Origin: an uncultured Candidatus Binatia bacterium
GTDB taxonomy: Bacteria > Desulfobacterota > Binatia > UBA9968 > CAXXLF01
Reading direction: 5' to 3'
Length of the DNA stretch: 64,000 nucleotides
Assembly (NCBI GenBank): GCA_965218425.1
Contig: OZ244621.1
Span: 4,320,001 to 4,384,000, forward strand
The stretch's first letter is position 1, and the number at the start of each line of letters is the position of its first letter. A model generated the notes under the pieces. The model worked only from the letters and a program-made list of their open reading frames with translations. It did not search any database and was not told the origin of the DNA. Position numbers and translations under genes: made by a program. Below are positions 29,574 to 39,508 of this stretch, piece by piece.

Positions 29574-29602
29574 TTGACTAGACTCCAAAAGCCACATAGG
29601 AT
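29574..29602 (+). promoter_or_regulatory. Candidate sigma70 promoter
   Basis: TTGACT-N17-TAGGAT upstream of tctC. Confidence 0.5.
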
Positions 29603-29659
29603 GCCTCCTTTCTCGGCGGAGACTGAATGTGGAGGGAAACTTCACCAAAGGGGAGTCCT

Positions 29660-30711
29660 ATGAGAACATTATATAGATCAAGCACGGTTAGCGCCTTTGT
29701 GATTCTTCTTGCAACGGCGTTCGCAATTTTATCGCAGCCTGCGGTATCCAATGCCTTCACCGAAGGCAAAACCATTCGGCTTTTGGTCTTTGCAACTCCA
29801 GGTGGTGGCTATGACTACTACTCCAGGATAGTCATGCGTCACATACCAAAGTATCTTCCCGGCAATCCGAAAATCCTCGTTCAGAACATGCCCATCGGAT
29901 ATCTGGCCGCCAACACCCTTTGGCGATCCAAGCCAGATGGCATTACCTGGGGTGTATTGGGCCGGGAAGGCTATCTAAACAACATGCAGGTGAGAAAGCA
30001 CAACAGTTCGATTTCAGCAAAGGCATTCCCATTGGCAGCACCGCAGATGAAAATACGTTGATCTATATTCGTACCGACAGCGGGATTTCTTCTTTGAAAG
30101 ATTTGTCCGCTGCCATTAAGGCGGGAAAAAGGCCTCCCATTATGGCTAGCACCACCCGGTCTGGCTCGAGTTACGTTATGGGCGAGGTCCTGGAGTATTT
30201 GTCGCCCAATATGAGGTTTAAACAGGTCCTGGGTTATCCTGGCGGTTCTGAGGTGGACCTGGCGATCCGAAGGGGGGAAGCCCAAGCGGCCGGGCGTAGC
30301 AAAAATTCATTCTTTGCGCGCACGAAGGATCTTCTTGACAAGGGAGAGATCGCAGTCATCTTGCAAACCGGCACCGTCGATGGAAAACGTGACCCGGACT
30401 TCGAGAATGTGCCCACCCTTGGCGAGTTCGCCGACAGCCGTGAGGATAGGCAACTCCTAAACCTAGTGCTCCTCAATCAGATTGTTGCGAGACCCTTCTG
30501 GCTGCCTCCGGGAGTACCCCAGGATAGAGTTAAATTAATCCGGGAGGCATTCCGAAAAACGGTCAATGACCCCAAGCTAATCGCCCGAGCCAAGAAGGCG
30601 CGACGTCATATCGGACCCGTATACGGTGACCGCATGGCCAAGTTGTACGCTGATGCCTTCGCTGCGCCTGAGGGTATGAAAGACCGAATAAGAAAAATCC
30701 TTGGAAAATAG
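29660..30711 (+). pseudogene. tctC: TctC/Bug-family solute-binding protein with a frameshift at about 29985
   Basis: Signal peptide, PGGGYD..R, VQNMP and KPDG.T are in one frame. GYPGG.E..LA..RGE, VPTL.E, RPF..PPGVP..R are in the other. Confidence 0.85.
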
Positions 30712-30741
30712 CCTAGTGACGAGGCAACTAGAGTTGTTTCC

Positions 30742-32778
30742 ATGCCTCCACTTGACGCTTTTATCGCGGGTCTAACCGGCGTCTTCCAGATTCCCGCGTT
30801 TCCCCTGATGCTCCTGGGGATCGTAATTGGGTTCGTCGTGGGACTATTGCCGGGATTGGGAGGAGCCACGACCCTCGCCTTGATGCTCCCCTTTGTCTTC
30901 GACATGCCGCCCATCGCGGCGTTTTCTTTTCTGTTGGGCATGCACGCGGTGGTGTCTACGACCGGAGACATCACCTCGGTCCTCTTCGGCGTTCCTGGAG
31001 AGGGAACGGCGGCAGCTACAATTGTAGACGGCCACCCCATGGCCAAAAGGGGAGAGGCAGGTAGGGCCCTTGGCGCCGCCCTATTCAGTTCCTTGATTGG
31101 AGCGGTTGTCGGTGCCTTTGTTCTTGCAGCGTCCATTCCCATAGTAACCCCACTAGTGCTTTCCCTGGGTTCGCCTGAATTTTTCATGTTGGCGCTTCTC
31201 GGTATAAGCTTCATTGCCGCCCTAAGCGGTGGTTCGTTAACCCGCGGGCTGATCGCCGGCTGCGCGGGCTTGCTGTTGGCCACCATCGGTCTGGACCCGC
31301 GAACGGGTGCCATGCGGTTCGGCTTCGACATGCCTTACCTGATGAATGGCATCAGCCTGGTTCCCGTAGGTATCGGGTTATTTGCTATTCCCGAGATTAT
31401 CGACCTTGCGGTGCGAGGGACCAGCATCGCCGAGAACAACGTGGGCAAATTGGGTGGAGTATGGGAGGGGGTTAAGGATACCTTCCGGCATTGGGGAGTG
31501 ACCGTTAGAAGCAGCCTCCTTGGCACATTCATCGGTATTATCCCCGGGTTGGGAGGCGGAGTAGCGCAGTGGATCGCCTACGGGCATGCGGTGCAGAGTG
31601 CGGACGACAAGAGTCAGTTCGGCAAAGGCGATGTGCGCGGCGTTCTGGGACCAGGGGCGGCCAATAACTCTAAAGAGGGCGGGAGTCTGATTCCCGCCGT
31701 AGCCTTTGCGGTCCCGGGTAGCTTGAGCATGGCCATCCTCCTCGGTGCATTCTTGATCCTGGGTCTAAATCCCGGTCCGGAAATGCTGACGAAGGATCTG
31801 CACATCACCTTCTCTATGGTTTGGGTGATCGTCATCTCCAACATCATCACGGTTCTCATCAGCCTGGCCTTCCTGAATCAGCTGGCAAAAATCACCACCG
31901 TACGGGGAGCACTGTTAATCCCGTTTCTCCTGATGCTGATTTATCTCGGCGCGTTTGCCACCAACAACCACATCGGCGATATGCTCGTGATGGTTCTGTT
32001 CGGCATCCTGGGATACATCATGGTGTTGTTTCACTGGCCACGCCCACCGTTGGTCTTGGGATTGGTATTGGGCCACCTGGCGGAAAACTATCTCTTCATA
32101 TCTGCCAACATTTACGGTGCCAGGATGATGGTGCAGCCAGGGGTTATTATCATTTCGATTTTGATCATAGCTGCAATTTTTTATCCGCTCTATCAGAACA
32201 TGCGCGCTAAACGTGCGGAGAATGCCAGCCAAGCCCTTACTCCGGAATCCGAGCAGACCTCCCCTGCCCATCCCAAAAGCAGTGTGAAATTTCAGTTCCA
32301 ACCGAAACTGATGGTCAGCCTTGCGTTTACTACATTTACAGTTTTTTTCTTGTGGGCAGGAAAGGATTGGCCCTTCGAGGCGCGACTCTTTCCGTGGGTC
32401 GTTGCCATTCCAGCACTTGCGTTGTCATTGTTGGAGTTCGGCCGTGACTTAACAACCGCCTCAGGAAAGGCAAGGGGTCAAATCTTGGACTTTCAGTTTG
32501 CTGAAGGCATCGACCCCGCTGTGGCTCGTCCAAGAATGCTCAACATCATGTCCTGGACTCTGGGCATCCTTGCCGGGGTGTGGCTGGTGGGAGTTGAGAT
32601 TACTATGACCGCCGTTACGTTTGCCTATTTAAAATTTCAGGGCGGCGAGCGCTGGGGCATTACTCTCGTTCTGACCCTTATCGCCTGGTTGTTCGTACGC
32701 CTCGTCTTTATCGAATTTATGCATCTGCCATTCCCCAACGGAATCATCATCGAAGGGATCCGCAGCCTATTTCAATAA
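30742..32778 (+). CDS. tctA: Tripartite tricarboxylate transporter, TctA-TctB fusion
   Basis: GLLPGLG, GVPG..AAAT..DGHPM, ANNSKEGG, AVPGS, followed by a linker and a TctB-like 4-TM domain (ARLFPW...LPFP). Confidence 0.9.
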   Translation: MPPLDAFIAGLTGVFQIPAFPLMLLGIVIGFVVGLLPGLGGATTLALMLPFVFDMPPIAAFSFLLGMHAVVSTTGDITSVLFGVPGEGTAAATIVDGHPMAKRGEAGRALGAALFSSLIGAVVGAFVLAASIPIVTPLVLSLGSPEFFMLALLGISFIAALSGGSLTRGLIAGCAGLLLATIGLDPRTGAMRFGFDMPYLMNGISLVPVGIGLFAIPEIIDLAVRGTSIAENNVGKLGGVWEGVKDTFRHWGVTVRSSLLGTFIGIIPGLGGGVAQWIAYGHAVQSADDKSQFGKGDVRGVLGPGAANNSKEGGSLIPAVAFAVPGSLSMAILLGAFLILGLNPGPEMLTKDLHITFSMVWVIVISNIITVLISLAFLNQLAKITTVRGALLIPFLLMLIYLGAFATNNHIGDMLVMVLFGILGYIMVLFHWPRPPLVLGLVLGHLAENYLFISANIYGARMMVQPGVIIISILIIAAIFYPLYQNMRAKRAENASQALTPESEQTSPAHPKSSVKFQFQPKLMVSLAFTTFTVFFLWAGKDWPFEARLFPWVVAIPALALSLLEFGRDLTTASGKARGQILDFQFAEGIDPAVARPRMLNIMSWTLGILAGVWLVGVEITMTAVTFAYLKFQGGERWGITLVLTLIAWLFVRLVFIEFMHLPFPNGIIIEGIRSLFQ

Positions 32779-33010
32779 GCCTTCCGCCTGCCTGCTGCTC
32801 GGATCGTTATAGCTAACCTGGATACACTACGGGCCGGTATCCGGAGATGCCGCGAAATTCGCAAGATATCCCCATAGAACCGCACTTTACAATTAAGTAG
32901 TAAATACCAGACCATAAAGATGATTGTTTGTGATGCATGGTCTGGGAGCAGAGTGGATACACTGCGTCTTGGTATGCAGGTTATTATAGTTAGCTAGATA
33001 GAATCGGCGA

Positions 33011-33328
33011 ATGGCGGACCGAAAGAAAACGGCAGAGGAGACCCAAGGGGGAATCCAACGGATTCTTGTTCAGGAGTGGGACCCTATCGATGTCCGAGGT
33101 ATTCCCGAGGCCAAGGACGAATATGACGACTATGTCGGTGGAGTGTGCCGCCTCCTTGCAACCGGCGCATCACCCCAAGAGGTCGCGGAACATTTAGCCG
33201 AGATTGAAGTGACCACAATGGGATTGCCGCGACGGCCTATCGAGTCGGTCCTTCCCATAGCCGAAAAACTCTGCCGACTCGATGTCAGGTTGGAGAGGAA
33301 AACAATAGGAGCCAGGAGGCGATTCTAA
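33011..33328 (+). CDS. Small hypothetical protein (YugE/DUF1871-like WDP..DEY motif)
   Basis: EWDPI.V...DEYDDY, 105 aa. Confidence 0.6.
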   Translation: MADRKKTAEETQGGIQRILVQEWDPIDVRGIPEAKDEYDDYVGGVCRLLATGASPQEVAEHLAEIEVTTMGLPRRPIESVLPIAEKLCRLDVRLERKTIGARRRF

Positions 33329-33336
33329 CGAGTAAA

Positions 33337-33738
33337 ATGTCTTATCCAAACGAGTCCGCCGCCTATCGGAACGCGCGCAGCCGACTTTTCCAGGCCGAGC
33401 TCAAGTTGAGAGATCACTTGGAGAAGATCGCGCGGCAGCGACGGGCCTTGCCTTCAGGCGGTAGTCTGAAGGAAGATTACGTTTTCGACGAGCTGGTGGG
33501 GGGCCGCGAGGTCACCACACCGTTCTCCGATCTCTTCTCCAAGGGCAAGGATACCCTATTTTTGTACAGCTTCATATATGCGCCGAACATGGAGGCTGCG
33601 TGCCCCATGTGTACTTCGTTTCTCGGTGGTCCTGAAGGTGGGAACATGCGTCATCTTGATCTAGTCTGACCCCTCTGGAACGTTCTCGACATGACGCCTG
33701 CTGGGCGTGGCAACTGGTATCCCAAGCTCGACTACTGA
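33337..33738 (+). pseudogene. DUF899 thioredoxin-like protein, internally shortened, with an in-frame TGA
   Basis: AR..L...E......A.QRRALP, DYVF, CPMCT then jumps to RHLDLV-TGA-PLWNVLDMTPAGRG. The family is normally about 240 aa. Confidence 0.75.
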
Positions 33739-33854
33739 TCGAAAGAATAGTATTACCATCCTCCACAATTTTTTTGATCGCGACGCAAGCTAACGTATCG
33801 ATGGAGGCGAAGCCGCCTTCCGCCAGCTGTTAAGCGACAACGGTAAGCCTGTTG

Positions 33855-35300
33855 TTACTCCAGTTCCTTCTTCCACTTTTCGGTAATACGATCCCGTAAC
33901 TCAGGGGTCATGGAGCTGACCGGGGGAAACTTATCCTTCCAACTATAAGGACGGCAAGCGTTGATAATCGCGCGGCTGTTCACCCAATCACTAGCCTCCC
34001 TCTTGTCAGGAGGTAAAACCGTATCCAGGGGCGTGCTCCAGCAACCATCGATAACCGTCATGGCGGTTTTGGGATCGCAGCGGGTGGAAATTGCCCAAAT
34101 GACCTCTCCCATATCCGACGGGTCAATATCCTCATCCACTACCACCACGAATCGTCCGTGGTAATTACCCGCACGGCAAGCTAGGGCTGCTAAGGCTGCC
34201 TGCTGCGCATGGCCGTGATAACGCTGCTTGATGGAGACCACGATGAACGGCGCCCCACCACCCGGAGCGGACCCTCCGACAAAGCACCATGCACCTTGCA
34301 CGTCCGGCACATCGGCCTTGTCGAGGTAATTCCAAATAGCGGCTGCCGCGATGGGGACACCGAAGGTCAATGCTGGCGGTTTTAAGGGGGGCGCACCTGC
34401 AATGATCGGGTTGTTTCTGAAATAAAGGGCTTTCACGCGGATGATGGGTTCGTTCTTTGCACCGTGTGCATAGTAGCCAGGCCATTCCCCAAAGGGCCCT
34501 TCCACACGGCTGTCCTCGCTAGGGGGCGGCACCTCCCCTTCAATGGCGATCTCTGCGTGTGCCGGGATCGGGAGTCCGGTGACTTTTCCTCGCACCACCT
34601 CCACGGGCTCTTGACGCAACCCGCCGGCATAGTCGAACTCCGATACTCCATAAGGAACCGATAGACCCGCGGAAAGCCACATGGTTGGATCCTGACCAAA
34701 GGTCACCGCGATGGGACAGGCCTTGCCCCGGGCCCAGTATTTTTCCCGGATGATTCTCGCATGGTGACCGGGAGAAATGTAGGTTCCGAGAGTCCGTTTG
34801 TCGTGTACCTGTATGCGGTAGATGCCCACATTGGTGAAGTCGGTGTCCGGATCACGGGTAATCACGCAGCACCCTGTTCCCAGGTATCTTCCACCGTCCC
34901 GCTCGTGCCACCGTGGTGTAGGAAAGGACATCATGTCAATATCCCCACCCGTGCGTTCGTTCTCGAACACCGACCCTTCGAACACAAACTTTGGTGGTAG
35001 GGGTTTCAGATCCGTAAGTATCTCCCTCCAGCGCCACACCACGTCTCGTTTGGAACTTTTCGGAGACACCCCCACCATCAATGCCGCACGACGGGGATGA
35101 AGAACCAGGTTGGACGCCACTCGGTAAGTTGGAGGATAATCCGGAATCTGATCGAAGAGGAGAAGAGGCGAGGGCTCACGATAGGCAAGGATTTCAGTCA
35201 AGGCGCCAATCTCCAGATCCCAGTGGGCACCGTGGATCTCTTTGACCTCCCCCATCTCTTTGGCCGCATCAATGAATTCACGCAAATCCCGAAACACCAT
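33855..35300 (-). CDS. UbiD-family (de)carboxylase (#6)
   Basis: DLREFI, DGGRYLGT, IYRIQ, EGPFGEWPGYY, INACRP. Confidence 0.93.
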   Translation of the reverse strand: MVFRDLREFIDAAKEMGEVKEIHGAHWDLEIGALTEILAYREPSPLLLFDQIPDYPPTYRVASNLVLHPRRAALMVGVSPKSSKRDVVWRWREILTDLKPLPPKFVFEGSVFENERTGGDIDMMSFPTPRWHERDGGRYLGTGCCVITRDPDTDFTNVGIYRIQVHDKRTLGTYISPGHHARIIREKYWARGKACPIAVTFGQDPTMWLSAGLSVPYGVSEFDYAGGLRQEPVEVVRGKVTGLPIPAHAEIAIEGEVPPPSEDSRVEGPFGEWPGYYAHGAKNEPIIRVKALYFRNNPIIAGAPPLKPPALTFGVPIAAAAIWNYLDKADVPDVQGAWCFVGGSAPGGGAPFIVVSIKQRYHGHAQQAALAALACRAGNYHGRFVVVVDEDIDPSDMGEVIWAISTRCDPKTAMTVIDGCWSTPLDTVLPPDKREASDWVNSRAIINACRPYSWKDKFPPVSSMTPELRDRITEKWKKELE

Positions 35301-35352
35301 TATTCCTCCTTATGCCTTTCTCTCCGGAGGTAGCCGCCGGGATGAAAGTGTT

Positions 35353-36585
35353 TCAAGCATCTCCGAACAGAGTCCGCCATGAGCGATCTCTGGGCAATTC
35401 TGCAATGGCACATTGGAGATAAGAAAAATCATACACATTGGGATCATAAAGGAGCCCGGGTGGCTCCTTCCGTTCTTGCACGGCCTTGATCGCTTTGAGC
35501 AAGTATTTACGGACTGCGATAAGGTATGCATCGCCGGCCCCTAGATGCTCTTTGCTCCGATCCACTAACGCTCCCATACTCTCCGTAGCGCAGGCGTCCT
35601 GGTTAAGGAACTCTTCTATGCCGGTAAAATTTACTGTCTTTTGCGCCCCTCTGTCCTGGAGGTAGTGGTTCCGCTTATTACGGATTTTCTTGTAATCAGG
35701 TCCAATAAAGGTCCGCTTTGACGAGTCGTCTTTACCGAAAGGTCTCACAAATTTGAAAAAGAAATCGTATCTCCAGGTATTTACATTATCCGCTGGAACC
35801 TGATAGACGGCTTTAAACCCGTCAATTTTTCCATTCACCACACCACCCACGGGGACACAACCAATAAAGGGAAGGACAAAATAAGAAGTGCGTATGTAGT
35901 TGGTGTCGCCCTCTGCCTTCCTGATGGCTGCAACTCTGAGCCCCAAGGTCGTTTCTTCAATTTCGAATCTAGGCGATTGATCTAAATTAATGGGAACACC
36001 TCTCTCCCCGCCCGGTTTAAACTCCCTGTGCAGGAAGTTAAGATGAGAAGAATCGCAGTCCCCTTCAAGCCCTTGAAAGTAATTACATTCTAAAAGACTC
36101 TTGGCTATGTAGGCATTTTCCCTGGGAACCTTGAGCCACGGGTATTCTGGAAAAGCAGGAACCTTCCCCTTGGGTCCCATGTAGGTGAAAATGACACCGT
36201 TTGCCTCTCTGCAAGGATAGGCTGGATGGTGGACCTTGTCTTTGAGACGGCTCCCTTCCGGTTCCGCCGGTGTTTCGAGGACGTTTCCTTCCACATCATA
36301 CTTCCAACCATGGTAAACGCACCTCAACCCGCACTCCTCATTACGACCGTAGAACAAGGATGTGCCGCGGTGGGAACAGTGTTCGTCCAACAAACCTATC
36401 CTTCCTTTAGTGTCGCGAAATGCCACCAGATCTTCACCCAGCAATCTGACCTTTACCGGCGGGCAATCGGGCTCCGGGATCTCCTCAGATAACAGCGCGG
36501 GAATCCAGTATCGCCGCATCAACTTTCCCATGGGACTCCCCGGATCTACCCGAGTAAGAAGTTCGTTTTCTTCCCTTGAAAGCAT
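35353..36585 (-). CDS. Rieske non-heme iron oxygenase alpha subunit
   Basis: CSHRGTSL, CVYHGW, EGDCDSSHLNFLH, QDACATESMG. Confidence 0.93.
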   Translation of the reverse strand: MLSREENELLTRVDPGSPMGKLMRRYWIPALLSEEIPEPDCPPVKVRLLGEDLVAFRDTKGRIGLLDEHCSHRGTSLFYGRNEECGLRCVYHGWKYDVEGNVLETPAEPEGSRLKDKVHHPAYPCREANGVIFTYMGPKGKVPAFPEYPWLKVPRENAYIAKSLLECNYFQGLEGDCDSSHLNFLHREFKPGGERGVPINLDQSPRFEIEETTLGLRVAAIRKAEGDTNYIRTSYFVLPFIGCVPVGGVVNGKIDGFKAVYQVPADNVNTWRYDFFFKFVRPFGKDDSSKRTFIGPDYKKIRNKRNHYLQDRGAQKTVNFTGIEEFLNQDACATESMGALVDRSKEHLGAGDAYLIAVRKYLLKAIKAVQERKEPPGLLYDPNVYDFSYLQCAIAELPRDRSWRTLFGDA

Positions 36586-36632
36586 GGCTCAACCTCCTTT
36601 CTGACAGGACAGTAAGCTAGGCTTGCATCTGA

Positions 36633-37622
36633 CTAACCATCTTTAAATTTGGGCATCACTTCCCTGGCAAACAACTCCATGGAATTGAGCGCATTCTGTT
36701 GTCCCATGGTGGCGAAGTTCATCATGAAGATAATATAGTTGGTGCCCGTGTCGGCAATCTCTTCAATCTGTTCAATGCAGTGTTTCGGATCCCCTACCAT
36801 GATCATCCGGTCCTGGAACATCTCGTCGTAATTCCGTGGCCTGATGTGACGTCTATGCCGATAAAAAGTGTCCATGGGTTCTTTAGCCGTTCGATGGGCC
36901 TCTGCATCGGTTTCAGCCACGTGCGCGTGAAAGCATTGCACAATCTCGAATTTCTCAGGATTGTGATTTGAGGTCCCAAGGGTTTCCTTATAGAGCTCGA
37001 TGTTTCGCGTCATGTCTTTGATGTTCTTGCAGGTGGCATAGGGAATACCAAGGATCGAATACCCCCTCTCCCCGGCAAATTTGTAAGACGCTTGACTGAG
37101 GGCAGCAACGAATATCGGAGGCCTGGGCTTCTGAACCGGAAGGACGTTTATAGCAAACTCCTCTATCTTGTGATGCCTGCCCCGGTAGGACACCTTTCCT
37201 TCTCTCCAGGCCATTTCCATCACCTCGAGACATTCGATGAAGAGGCCCCTGTTATCTTCCTTCACCTTGAATCCAACGAACTCGTCCGGGGTCCCCCGCC
37301 CCACCCCGAAATCGAGTCGACCATCGCTCATCACATCAACCATGGCATACTCTTCCGCGGTGAACAGAGGATTCCGATACGGGAGAAGGCTAACAGCAAT
37401 ACCAATTCTGATCTTCCGCGTACTTCTGGCTGCAACCGACATGAGGACAGGAGGTGACGGGATGACTCCATAGAAATCAAAGTGATGCTCTCCGAACCAG
37501 AAGCACACATAGCCAAGGCGTTCGGCCCATTGCACCTGCTCGATCATCTCATCGTAATAATCCTTCAGCGGTTTATTGAGCGCTGGATCACTGTCCCCGA
37601 TTAAAAACATTCCGAATTTCAC
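36633..37622 (-). CDS. LLM-class flavin-dependent oxidoreductase
   Basis: MKFG, GEHHF, AEEYAMVDVMSDGRLDFGVGRG, PVQKPRPP. Confidence 0.92.
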   Translation of the reverse strand: MKFGMFLIGDSDPALNKPLKDYYDEMIEQVQWAERLGYVCFWFGEHHFDFYGVIPSPPVLMSVAARSTRKIRIGIAVSLLPYRNPLFTAEEYAMVDVMSDGRLDFGVGRGTPDEFVGFKVKEDNRGLFIECLEVMEMAWREGKVSYRGRHHKIEEFAINVLPVQKPRPPIFVAALSQASYKFAGERGYSILGIPYATCKNIKDMTRNIELYKETLGTSNHNPEKFEIVQCFHAHVAETDAEAHRTAKEPMDTFYRHRRHIRPRNYDEMFQDRMIMVGDPKHCIEQIEEIADTGTNYIIFMMNFATMGQQNALNSMELFAREVMPKFKDG

Positions 37623-37898
37623 CTCAACTATCCCCTTTTATTTTCAAATGATGTTACTAACGATCGAGGGTCGGTACTAAAACCACGTGTCAAGCAACTG
37701 GAAAGCACAACTGGGCATCCGCACCTGGGCGTGCGGCAGTGACTATCCAATAAATGCCCCATGATGTCAAACCGACCTGGAAGGGATCAGGTGAAATGAT
37801 AAGAGAACCGATTTATTATTGGTTTCGCCGGTGACTACCGACGATGGCCGTATTCTTTGCAGAAACGAAATGGTTGTAGGACTAGGTACAGGAAAGAC

Positions 37899-38048
37899 CT
37901 ATTCAACGATTTTCGGACTTTCCTCGTCTAAAAACCGACGCCCGCAATAGGGGCAGAGCAACTGCTCCTTCGTATGGCGAAACTCTTGCCAGTGACAATA
38001 AAATTCACCTTTACATTGAGGACAGGTTACCCAAAAGATTCTTGCCAC
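37899..38048 (-). CDS. 49-aa Zn-ribbon protein (CPQC...CPYC)
   Basis: GTG start at 38048 with GGAG/GAGG RBS, 13 nt after the UbiD stop. Translation: MARIFWVTCPQCKGEFYCHWQEFRHTKEQLLCPYCGRRFLDEESPKIVE. Confidence 0.75.
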   Translation of the reverse strand: MARIFWVTCPQCKGEFYCHWQEFRHTKEQLLCPYCGRRFLDEESPKIVE

Positions 38049-38061
38049 GGCCCTCGCTCCT

Positions 38062-39495
38062 CTAGACTTTCTGCAAACGGTCAATAATATCGCGTGGAAC
38101 GAAATCTTCCAGCTGGGTGTTGTCCAGCGCCTTCTTGGGAACCTCCACCCGGGCCGCGAAGGGACGCTGGACCGGCCGCGTAGCATCAATAATCATTTTA
38201 GTTCCCATGATGTTATCGGTCTGCGATGGATCGAGTGTGTTCCCCTTGACGTTTTTGACAACGTCCACGTCCTGGTCCGCCTGTACTCTTGTGGCCACGG
38301 CCCACATAACTTCTTCTTCGTTGTAAATATTGACATCTGCATCCACCACCACCACATGCTTGACAAAATCGCACCCTCCCAGGGCAGCAAGGGCGGCCTG
38401 CTTGGTTTCACCATTCACTTTTTTGTCAATGGAGATATAACAATTGAAGCGGCAACAGCCGGACATGGGAAAATGAACGGCCTTGGCGGTGGGCACGATT
38501 CCGCGAATGAGGTTGAAGAGGCTTCCCTCCTTTGGGATTCCTCCCACCACCCATGTGTCCCGGTGCCCGGTAAAAACATGTTGAAAGATCGCATCCCGCC
38601 GGTGGGTGATGGCCGTAACTTCGATTACGTTTCGGAGCCGTTGGGGGCCATAATAACCCGTGAATTCCCCAAAGGGCCCTTCCGCTTCCGTGACGTTGGG
38701 AAGCACATGACCCTCGATGACCATCTCCGCGTCCGCCGGAACCATAAAATCTTTTCCCAGAGTCTCCGAGGGCGTGAGACGAAGGGGTTCCCCCATGATG
38801 GCACCGATGCGGGTGTAATCGTCCACACCGAAGGGAGAGACATTCAAGGCACCCAGATAAAAGGCCGGATGATGGCTAATCACAATGGTGACCGGTGTTG
38901 GCTGTTTTTTTGCCTCGTACTTGCGGTGGATTTGCCAGTTGTGCCTGGGGGACATGTGGAGACCGAGCTGTCTTGGCCCTTTCAACATGTTCCGCATGAA
39001 GGCGGCATTATAAAAGCCCCCATCGGGATCTTTCATAACCGGCGTCATGTCTATATAGGGAGCCGGGTCCATTGCATGATGACGTACCACGGGTAATTGA
39101 TAAACGCTGGCCTTTTCCCCGCGCTTGATGACTTGCTTTACGGGAGCCTTCTGACTAGCAATCACAACCGGCTCTAGCAGCCTCTCTTCACGTCGGGCGT
39201 ACTCTAAGCTCAGGGATAAACCTTCGTCCTCAGGGTTCATCCCCAAGGCCAGAGCGCAGCGACGCCGTGATGCAAAGATATTGCTCAGGAGCGGAAAGGG
39301 AGAGGGCTTCCCTTCAAAGTCCATGGGTTTCTCGAAAAGCAGGGCAGGGAATTTCCTCTCGTTCTCCAGGTGTTGGAGAAGTGCAGTGACTTCGAATTGG
39401 GCCGGAGAAACCGGCTTGTGGACGCGCACCAGATCTTCTGGCAGCCGGTCATGGAGTTCGGTGAGAAAGTCGCGAACGCCTCTACTCTTACCCAT
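38062..39495 (-). CDS. UbiD-family (de)carboxylase (#7)
   Basis: PALLFE, FMRNM, EGPFGEFTGYY, LDPS, IIDAT. Confidence 0.93.
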   Translation of the reverse strand: MGKSRGVRDFLTELHDRLPEDLVRVHKPVSPAQFEVTALLQHLENERKFPALLFEKPMDFEGKPSPFPLLSNIFASRRRCALALGMNPEDEGLSLSLEYARREERLLEPVVIASQKAPVKQVIKRGEKASVYQLPVVRHHAMDPAPYIDMTPVMKDPDGGFYNAAFMRNMLKGPRQLGLHMSPRHNWQIHRKYEAKKQPTPVTIVISHHPAFYLGALNVSPFGVDDYTRIGAIMGEPLRLTPSETLGKDFMVPADAEMVIEGHVLPNVTEAEGPFGEFTGYYGPQRLRNVIEVTAITHRRDAIFQHVFTGHRDTWVVGGIPKEGSLFNLIRGIVPTAKAVHFPMSGCCRFNCYISIDKKVNGETKQAALAALGGCDFVKHVVVVDADVNIYNEEEVMWAVATRVQADQDVDVVKNVKGNTLDPSQTDNIMGTKMIIDATRPVQRPFAARVEVPKKALDNTQLEDFVPRDIIDRLQKV

Positions 39496-39508
39496 GAGCC
39501 ATTGCTCC

